10,314 nt of DNA from the NCBI GenBank assembly GCA_040767805.1, contig JAXGNU010000017.1, positions 1 through 10,314 of the forward strand, in the 5' to 3' direction. The position numbers and the translations under genes were made by a program. This document shows positions 1 through 6,310 of the stretch, piece by piece (position 1 is the first letter of the stretch; the number at the start of each line of letters is the position of its first letter). Source of the DNA: Thermovirgaceae bacterium. GTDB taxonomy: Bacteria; Synergistota; Synergistia; Synergistales; Thermovirgaceae. Below the pieces are notes generated by a model, which was given only the letters and a program-made list of their open reading frames with translations, ran no database searches and had not been told where the DNA came from.

Positions 1-44
1 AAAAAACCGTCCCGGCGGGTTGCCCACAGTGGGGTGGCTGTCCG

Positions 45-76
45 GGGGGGCCCGCCGATTTGGGGGCGGGCCCCCC
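45..76. terminator. GC-rich 12-bp inverted repeat downstream of the flavoprotein gene (terminator-like or 3'-stabilising hairpin)
   Basis: GGGGGGCCCGCC (45-56) and GGCGGGCCCCCC (65-76) form a perfect stem with an 8-nt loop, about 30 nt after the stop codon at 105. No U-tract is adjacent: the T6 run on the minus strand is at 1-6, about 40 nt away, so terminator function is uncertain. Confidence 0.45.
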
Positions 77-104
77 GATTCCGACCCCGGACCTGGCCTT
101 TCTG

Positions 105-1589
105 TTAATCCAATCTCCAGTGGTTACCTAGGCTTTCTTTTCTTTTTAAGGCCGCTTCGGCGACTGCTTTCGCCGTCTCGTAAAGTCCCCGCATTTCAAG
201 AGCCAGCAACCTATCGACAGGGGTCTCGATCCGAGTCTTCCGAGCCCTGAAGTCCGAAAGAAATCCCAGGTAGCTCTCCATTTCACTGGTTCTCCTGATG
301 GGGCCCAGGGCTTTCCAGGTTTCCCGCTGCAGTTCTTTCCGCAGCGCCAGGGGACTTTGTCCCACGCTTTGGGATACTTCGTGAAGAAAACCTGGAACAG
401 GTCCGGATCCTGTTCCATTGTATCCCCCGGCCTCTTCGGCGGCGGCCTCCCCGGTACGGAGACCAAAAACGGCAACGCTGCTGAGGGCGTTACCACCCAC
501 CCGACTGGCTCCGTCGATGCCGCCCGTCACCTCACCACAGGCAAACAAACCATCGACAGCTGTACGCCCTCGGCTGTCAATGACGACTCCGCCGCAGAAG
601 TAGTGCTCCAGCGGGGCTACCCTAAGAGGGCGGGCAAAATCCTTGAAGCGCGAGGCGTCCAGTCCCAGGCAGTATCTAACAGCCGGGTCGTCGAAGCTGT
701 TTTCTTCCAGGTCCTCCAGATGAGCATAAACGCCACCTTCCCTGTCCCTTTCGGCCACCAGCCTAGCGCTCCGGTCACGGGCGAAAAGGCCGCCTTCAGC
801 CCCGTTCCGGTAGCCCCATTCGTAGAGGGTTCTTTTCAGGAACTCCACTCCCCGGCAGTCCGTAACCCTGACAAAGTCAACAAGGGAAAGGTCGACTATC
901 CACCGCGGGAAGCCTGGTTCCGCCCAACCCAGAGGATAGAACTGCACGAACTCCATGTCCCGCAGGACCGCCCCTGCTCCCAACGCCAGGGCGTACCCGT
1001 CGCCGGTTATCCTGCCGGGGTTATCGGTATTGCTGAATATCTGTCCACCTCCTCCGGTGGCCAATATCACGGAGCCCGCCCTCAGGAAGCCCTCTTCCCC
1101 GGTCCGCCAATCCTGGACCCTGGCTCCAACCACCCGTCCACTCTTCACGGTAATCTCCGTGACTGAAGTCCAATCCACGAATTCCACCCCGGACCCCTCT
1201 GCGAGCGCGATGAGTTCCGTGGTGAAACCGGCGCCACCCATGACCATGCTGGGGGCCGTGGACAAGACCGAGGCCCCTCCCCTTTCGAACTCGATGGTGA
1301 CCCCCCATCGGACGAGTTCCCTGAGGGTTTTCTCCGCATCTTCGGAGAGGACCTTAACTAGTTTTTCGTCATTTTGGTGATGACCCGTCTCCAGGGTCTT
1401 CCGGTAATGCTCTTCGGGGGAAAAACCACCACAGGCCAATGTGAATATACCCCCGGCATGGGCGGTGCATGTACCAAGGCCCCGCCTTGCCTTTGAGACG
1501 ACCAGAACATCCGCTCCCGACCTCCTCGCCGCGATGGCAGCGACCAGGCCGGCGCCGCCGGACCCGACGACCAGGACACGTTTTTTCAC
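105..1589 (-). CDS. FAD-dependent oxidoreductase, fumarate reductase/succinate dehydrogenase flavoprotein / L-aspartate oxidase family (stand-alone, substrate unknown), 494 aa
   Basis: N-terminal Rossmann motif VLVVGSGGAGLVAA. Family motifs VILATGG, TGDGYALA..AGA.LRDMEFVQFYP, ARD, HYFCGG, GLFACGE, G.SRVGGNAL and C-terminal R.ESLGNH.R.D. GTG start preceded by a strong SD (GGAAGGAGG). No signal peptide and no adjacent Fe-S subunit gene. Confidence 0.88.
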   Translation of the reverse strand: MKKRVLVVGSGGAGLVAAIAARRSGADVLVVSKARRGLGTCTAHAGGIFTLACGGFSPEEHYRKTLETGHHQNDEKLVKVLSEDAEKTLRELVRWGVTIEFERGGASVLSTAPSMVMGGAGFTTELIALAEGSGVEFVDWTSVTEITVKSGRVVGARVQDWRTGEEGFLRAGSVILATGGGGQIFSNTDNPGRITGDGYALALGAGAVLRDMEFVQFYPLGWAEPGFPRWIVDLSLVDFVRVTDCRGVEFLKRTLYEWGYRNGAEGGLFARDRSARLVAERDREGGVYAHLEDLEENSFDDPAVRYCLGLDASRFKDFARPLRVAPLEHYFCGGVVIDSRGRTAVDGLFACGEVTGGIDGASRVGGNALSSVAVFGLRTGEAAAEEAGGYNGTGSGPVPGFLHEVSQSVGQSPLALRKELQRETWKALGPIRRTSEMESYLGFLSDFRARKTRIETPVDRLLALEMRGLYETAKAVAEAALKRKESLGNHWRLD

Positions 1590-1659
1590 GCTGCTCCTCC
1601 TTCCCGTACACGAGCACTAAGGTATCCGGCTGTCGGTATTTTACCGCTCCATAGCCTTT

Positions 1660-1698
1660 AAAAAAGAAAAGGCGACCGGCTCAATTACTCCGGCCGCC
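1660..1698 (-). terminator. Rho-independent terminator after dctM
   Basis: Minus strand reads GGCGGCCGG-AGTAATTGAG-CCGGTCGCC-TTTTCTTTTTT. This is a 9-bp stem with one G-U pair and a 10-nt loop, followed directly by a U-tract, about 25 nt after the dctM stop. Confidence 0.8.
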
Positions 1699-1721
1699 CC
1701 TTGGACCCAAAGAGTGAGCCC

Positions 1722-3002
1722 CTATCTCAACAACCGGACCAGCCCCATGGAAAGGGAGGGGACGTAAGTAAAAAGCATCAAGCAGGCGACCATGGCCACA
1801 AAGGAGGGGATGATCTCTCTTGAGATGCTCTCTATGCTCTCCCCCGATATGGCGGACGCGACGAAGAGGTTTATGCCGTAGGGCGGGGAGATGAAGCCGA
1901 TCGCCAGGTTGACCGTAATGATCAGCCCGAAGTGTATCGTGTCGATGCCTATCATGCGGACCACGGGCAAGAGGATGGGCGTCAGAATGATGACCGCCGG
2001 GATGTTGTCCACGAAGCATCCCAGGACCAGCAGGAATACGTTAATGATCAACATCAGCAGGAAGGGACTGTGCACGAAGTTTACCAGCAGGGCCGCTATC
2101 TTCGCGGGTATCTGCGCCATCGCCAGGTAGCTCGCGAAGGCCATGGAAAGCCCTATCAGGAAGGACGTAGCGCCGTTTATCAGCCCCGTGGATTTCAGGC
2201 AGTCGTAGATGGCCTTCATATCGAGTTCCCGGTAAACGAACTTGCCTATGATGACGGAATAGACGACCGCTACGACCGCGGCTTCTGTGGGAGTGAAAAC
2301 ACCCCCGTAAATCCCCCCCAGTATTATTACCGGGACGAGCAGGGCCCAGATGGCCTCCTTAAAGGCCTTCGATACTTCTGAGAACTTGGGGCGCTCGGTC
2401 ATGGAAATGTAATTGCGTTTCCTGGCGGTGAAATAACATACCGACATCAAGGCGAAGCCGATTATTATGCCGGGTATTATGCCGGCAATGAACATATCAC
2501 CAATGGAACACTGGGCGACGACGCCGTAGATGACAAAGGGGATGCTGGGGGGAATGATGACGCCTATCGTACCCGCGGCGGCAGTGATGGCCGCGGCGAA
2601 ACCAGCGTCATATTTTCTCTCCTTCATCGAGGGGATCATGAAGGAGCCGATGGCCGACACGGTCGCGGGTCCCGATCCGGAGATCGCGGCGAAGAACATG
2701 CAGGCAAGCACGGTCACCATGGCCAGGCCGCCTACGATGAACCCGACAAGGCTTTCCGCCAACGCTACCAGGCGGCGTGAAATACCGCCGGTGCACATCA
2801 AGGCCCCGGCGAGGATAAAGAACGGTATCGCCAGCAGCGGGAATGAGTCCAGGCCCGTAACGGCCTTTTGAGCGATCATCAGCATGGAGATATCGGAAGT
2901 GAGCATCATCGCGATGCACGTCGATAACCCCAGGGTGATGCCTATGGGGATGCTCACTATTATCGTGACGATCAGGATGGAAAAGAGAATTATCGCTTCC
3001 AT
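1722..3002 (-). CDS. dctM: TRAP transporter large permease (DctM), 426 aa
   Basis: Polytopic hydrophobic protein with DctM motifs SFPLLAIPFFILAG, FFAAISGS, GVIIPPSIPFVIYG, GGIYGGVFTPTEAA and GFISPPYGINLFV. Starts 8 nt after the dctQ stop. Confidence 0.95.
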   Translation of the reverse strand: MEAIILFSILIVTIIVSIPIGITLGLSTCIAMMLTSDISMLMIAQKAVTGLDSFPLLAIPFFILAGALMCTGGISRRLVALAESLVGFIVGGLAMVTVLACMFFAAISGSGPATVSAIGSFMIPSMKERKYDAGFAAAITAAAGTIGVIIPPSIPFVIYGVVAQCSIGDMFIAGIIPGIIIGFALMSVCYFTARKRNYISMTERPKFSEVSKAFKEAIWALLVPVIILGGIYGGVFTPTEAAVVAVVYSVIIGKFVYRELDMKAIYDCLKSTGLINGATSFLIGLSMAFASYLAMAQIPAKIAALLVNFVHSPFLLMLIINVFLLVLGCFVDNIPAVIILTPILLPVVRMIGIDTIHFGLIITVNLAIGFISPPYGINLFVASAISGESIESISREIIPSFVAMVACLMLFTYVPSLSMGLVRLLR

Positions 3003-3010
3003 GGCGCCCT

Positions 3011-3520
3011 CTATTCCGGCATGTCCACGGCGGGGCTGGCCTGCTTGGGCAGCCCGCGTTTATAGAGGTCGTACATTTCGACGATCAACCGAAGGCACAT
3101 CAAGGTGCTCGCCACCGGTACGGAGGCGTAGGGCCACGTCATGGGCATACTCATCGCCGTCGATATCTGGCCCGTTCCCTGGAGGAAAATGAGTAGTTTC
3201 GTCCCTTGCCAAGCAAGGAAAAAGCAGAATGAAAACCAGGCCAGCAAGATAATATATTCAAAAAAAACCCGTGTTTTCCCCTTTATCATGTTTACGAACA
3301 TCTCGACCCTGAAATGGCTCCTTTCCCTCACGGCATAACTGGCACCCATCCAGGAAAGCCAGAGGAAGATGAAACGGGCCAACTCTTCGCTCCAGGAGAG
3401 CGAACTCGAGAACACGTATCTCATCACGACCTGGAAAAAGACCAATATGGTCATTATCGCCATGATCCAGACACAGAAGTATTCCTCGAAATTATGAAGA
3501 AATTTTCTTACCGTCATCAT
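3011..3520 (-). CDS. dctQ: TRAP transporter small permease (DctQ), about 169 aa
   Basis: Four hydrophobic segments, motifs QVVMRY...WSEELAR and H.RV. SD GAAAGGGG lies before the tandem ATG-ATG. The gene sits between dctP and dctM. Confidence 0.93.
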   Translation of the reverse strand: MMTVRKFLHNFEEYFCVWIMAIMTILVFFQVVMRYVFSSSLSWSEELARFIFLWLSWMGASYAVRERSHFRVEMFVNMIKGKTRVFFEYIILLAWFSFCFFLAWQGTKLLIFLQGTGQISTAMSMPMTWPYASVPVASTLMCLRLIVEMYDLYKRGLPKQASPAVDMPE

Positions 3521-3544
3521 ACGACCCCTTTCTGACGGAAAAAG

Positions 3545-3572
3545 CCGCTCCCGCCCGGCCGGGCGGGAGCGG
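3545..3572 (-). terminator. Perfect 28-bp palindrome between dctP and dctQ (intercistronic stem-loop or leaky terminator)
   Basis: CCGCTCCCGCCCGGCCGGGCGGGAGCGG is its own reverse complement (12-bp stem with a GGCC loop as RNA). On the minus strand it is followed by CTTTTT. Confidence 0.7.
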
Positions 3573-3589
3573 GGGTACGGAAATGAGGG

Positions 3590-4582
3590 TTATTTCCGTA
3601 CTTGCTTCAGTATTTCCATAACCTCCTCGCCGAAATCCTTTTCGAACATGGGATAGATCTTCTCGGCGGCATCCACAAAGGGTTGTTTCTCCTCGGGCGT
3701 AAGGGAGTTGGCGGTCATTCCAGCCTTGAGCACTTCATCCTTGAAAGCCGCCTCTTCCTCATCCATGAACTCGCGCTGTTTCAACGTGGCTTCCCGGGCC
3801 GACTTGACCACCAGCTCGTTGAGATCGGCGGGAAGGTTGTCCATGAACTTCTTGTTAGCTATCAGGACCTCGAAGGAAAATACGTGGCCCGTTTCGGAAA
3901 CATACTTCTGGACTTCGTAAAACTTGCCATCGACGATCATGGCATAGGGGTTCTCCTGGGCGTCGACGGTACCCTGCTGCAGGGCGGTGTAGAGTTCCCC
4001 CCAGCTCATGGGCGTGGGGTTGGCGCCGACGGCCTTGAAGAACGCGAGGTGTATCGGGTTTTCCATGGTGCGGATCTTTATCCCCTTCAGATCCGCCGGG
4101 GTCCTGACGGGTCCCCTGTTGTTAGTCACGTGGCGGAATCCGTTCTCCTGGAAACCCAGGATCAGCATGCCCTTAGCCGCCAGGTAGGAATTGAGTTTTT
4201 CCCCAAGAATGCCGTCGGCTGCCTCAAAGGCCGCCTGTTTCGTCGTGAAAAGATAGGGCAATTCCAGTACCTGGACCCTCTTGTCGAATCCCGCGAGCGG
4301 AGCGGAGGCGGGGATAGCCATCTGGATCGTCCCCATCTGCACACCTTCCGAGATCTCGCGGTCACCACCAAGCTGGGCGTTGGGGTAGAGTTCGACCTTG
4401 ATCCTACCCTGGGAGCCTTCCTCGATGGGCTTCACAAAGTACTCCTTCATGGCCCTCATTGTCGGGTGCGAATCGGAGCCGATGTAGGCAACCTTGATCG
4501 TATATTCCGGGGCTGCGAGGGCTGCTCCTGCCATTACCGCGACCACCGCCATCACCGTAAAGACCGCAAGAAGCTTTTTCAC
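3590..4582 (-). CDS. dctP: TRAP transporter solute-binding protein (DctP family), 330 aa precursor
   Basis: Sec signal peptide MKKLLAVFTVMAVVAVMAGAALA-A. Motifs YPNAQLG, ELPYLF, ENGFRH, DLKGIKIRTMEN (carboxylate-binding Arg, R171), PTPMSWGELYTALQQGTVDAQENP and YEVQKY. GTG start with SD AAAGGGGG. Confidence 0.95.
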   Translation of the reverse strand: MKKLLAVFTVMAVVAVMAGAALAAPEYTIKVAYIGSDSHPTMRAMKEYFVKPIEEGSQGRIKVELYPNAQLGGDREISEGVQMGTIQMAIPASAPLAGFDKRVQVLELPYLFTTKQAAFEAADGILGEKLNSYLAAKGMLILGFQENGFRHVTNNRGPVRTPADLKGIKIRTMENPIHLAFFKAVGANPTPMSWGELYTALQQGTVDAQENPYAMIVDGKFYEVQKYVSETGHVFSFEVLIANKKFMDNLPADLNELVVKSAREATLKQREFMDEEEAAFKDEVLKAGMTANSLTPEEKQPFVDAAEKIYPMFEKDFGEEVMEILKQVRK

Positions 4583-4651
4583 CGTTCTTTCCCCCTTTTT
4601 TAGTACCTTTTTTTATAGAAACGCCCTTGGGGCGTCGCTACCAAAGGGCCG

Positions 4652-5077
4652 CTACGCGGCTTTCTTCCTGACCCTGACTTCTCCCTTTTCGGCATCGACC
4701 TCTACATGGTCCCCGTCCTCTATCACTTCATAGGGGTCGGCCTCCATCCGGTCCACCATGGTGCATTCGACCATGACGGCGGCCGAAACGATGACCGGCT
4801 CCGTCTCCACCAGTATAATGGCCGCCGGCAGGTTGTGCTTCACCCAAAGCTGGTAGAAACCGTCCACCTGAACCACCGAGCTGCCCTTGCCGGATTTAAG
4901 CACCAGTATCTTGTTCGCGATGCTCTTGCCGTGGATGGCGTGGTTCCTCTCGATCACTTCACCCGTCTCGGGGTCGGTAAGGTAAAAGCACATGGCGTCC
5001 CTGGAAACGACCGCCTCTCCCTCGGCGCATCCCTTGACTATCTTGCGGCACTTATAGACTTTTACATCCTGAGACAT
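4652..5077 (-). CDS. Aconitase X swivel (small) subunit, DUF126 family, 141 aa
   Basis: Motifs G.AEGEAVVS, DPETG.VI...H...GKSI..KILV, GKGSS (putative catalytic Ser, S66), PAAII, EP....AA and I.DGD.V.VD...G.V. I moved the start from the ORF-track position 5170 to the ATG at 5077 (MSQDVKVYKC), which has SD GGGAGG and overlaps the upstream stop as TGATG. Confidence 0.88.
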   Translation of the reverse strand: MSQDVKVYKCRKIVKGCAEGEAVVSRDAMCFYLTDPETGEVIERNHAIHGKSIANKILVLKSGKGSSVVQVDGFYQLWVKHNLPAAIILVETEPVIVSAAVMVECTMVDRMEADPYEVIEDGDHVEVDAEKGEVRVRKKAA

Positions 5078-6294
5078 CAGTCTATCCTCCCTTTTATCGC
5101 TGCCTCGACGCATTCCGAAAGCCTTCGGATGGCGAAAGGCTGCCCACGGCGTTCCCTGTAGTACGCGCACTTCGGGGAGTCCGTCAGGCCAAGGTGCCCT
5201 TCAAAGGACTTCCAGCAGGGCTCATCGATGCAGGTGTCCCCCACCATTCGAACCCCGAGGAGCTCCAGTTTCTGGCGAAGGTGCGAGCGTTCGGCCAGCT
5301 CGACGGCGCCCGCTTCCGCAAGGATCCAGAAAGCTGTGTTATGGCTGACCTTCCTCCCGGCGAAGAGCCTATCGATCTCCAGGATCTGGTCGTAGGTGTA
5401 GTGGGGGCATCCCAGCATGACCAGATTGATATCGCCCGTAGCGGGGGTAAGCTTGGCTTCCCGGTCTTTCAGGTCCTTATCGGTGATGACGGCCGCGGCG
5501 GACGGCACCTTCCCGCCGCCGAAGGCTGCCTCTATCGTGGGCGCTTCCGGGGTAACGCCGACCATGTGATACATGGCGACTGCGCCGCTCGTAGCGGCCT
5601 CGGCCCCGAAGTAGAGGTAGTCTTCCGGCCCGGGGTTGACCTTGTGCTTGAAGCGAAGGACCGGGTTATGATAGCCCGCCAGTTCCCCCACGACGTGCCC
5701 AAGGATCCCCCAATCGTAGCAGTCCTTTAAATCGGCCTCGACCTCGACCAGGAGATGGCCGTGCCTGTTCTCATCGATGTGAAAACCGTAATAGGGTGTT
5801 TTGCCTATCACCGCCGCGGCCAGGGCGCTTATGGACGACTCCCGGTTGGAGCGGGCGCCGAGAGCTCCGTTGACATAGGGCGTAGCGCTGGATTCTGAAT
5901 AGGCGATGTGTTCGCCGAAAAAGGGTACGCCCGTGCTCAGTCCGGGGGCGCAGTGGTAGGTGAGTTTTGCTCCTATTTTGCGGTAGGCCTCACCGGTACG
6001 GTTAGCCAGGTCTAGTTCTTCCTTGGTGACGTCGAAGAATTTCGTGAGGTAGCAGGTGTCCCAGTAGGGGTTCGTCGTCGGCGTAATGGCGCAGGTCGCG
6101 CCGCCGTTAACCAGGAGTTCGCACCAGTAGGTGTCTCCTTCCTGCCCGCTCAGCGCTACGTGAGCGCGCTTTACGGGTATCAACTTTTCCGCGTCGAAGG
6201 TGAGCCCGAGGGCGTAGAGCATTTCCATCGCCTTCTGCTTTCCCGGCCCTTCGGACCCGTCCAGTATCCGCTTCTCTTCGTCTGTGAGAAACAT
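5077..6294 (-). CDS. Aconitase X catalytic (large) subunit, DUF521 family, 405 aa
   Basis: N-terminus M.LT.EE..IL.G..G...Q.AM, then A.KLIPV..AH, TTNP, C115 (HCAP), GEHIAYSESSA..YVN..LGARSNRE, SGAVAMYHMVGVTPEA, LGCPH (C296), DTC (C355) and TDSPK. The three Cys are the expected Fe-S ligands. SD AGAAAGG. Confidence 0.9.
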   Translation of the reverse strand: MFLTDEEKRILDGSEGPGKQKAMEMLYALGLTFDAEKLIPVKRAHVALSGQEGDTYWCELLVNGGATCAITPTTNPYWDTCYLTKFFDVTKEELDLANRTGEAYRKIGAKLTYHCAPGLSTGVPFFGEHIAYSESSATPYVNGALGARSNRESSISALAAAVIGKTPYYGFHIDENRHGHLLVEVEADLKDCYDWGILGHVVGELAGYHNPVLRFKHKVNPGPEDYLYFGAEAATSGAVAMYHMVGVTPEAPTIEAAFGGGKVPSAAAVITDKDLKDREAKLTPATGDINLVMLGCPHYTYDQILEIDRLFAGRKVSHNTAFWILAEAGAVELAERSHLRQKLELLGVRMVGDTCIDEPCWKSFEGHLGLTDSPKCAYYRERRGQPFAIRRLSECVEAAIKGRID

Positions 6295-6310
6295 GGTCAG
6301 CCGCCTTTCT

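Noticed and set aside
357..1166. 269-aa plus-strand ORF and other short ORFs overlapping the flavoprotein, dctM, acnX, gntR and ilvD genes
   Set aside because: All are nested in or antisense to confident genes, with no motifs or independent expression signals.
105..1589. Naming the flavoprotein nadB, frdA or sdhA
   Set aside because: Key dicarboxylate-binding motifs are altered and the partner genes are absent, so only a family-level call is supportable.
3602..4603. 333-aa plus-strand ORF antisense to dctP
   Set aside because: It mirrors a well-supported gene almost exactly and has no recognisable motifs. This is a typical antisense shadow ORF in GC-rich DNA.
5078..5170. Upstream extension of the AcnX small-subunit ORF, suggesting a frameshift fusion of the two subunits
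   Set aside because: I found no in-frame X-XXY-YYZ slippery heptamer near the junction. The SD GGGAGG plus the TGATG overlap is explained by ordinary translational coupling, and split AcnX is a known architecture, so this is neither a pseudogene nor recoding.
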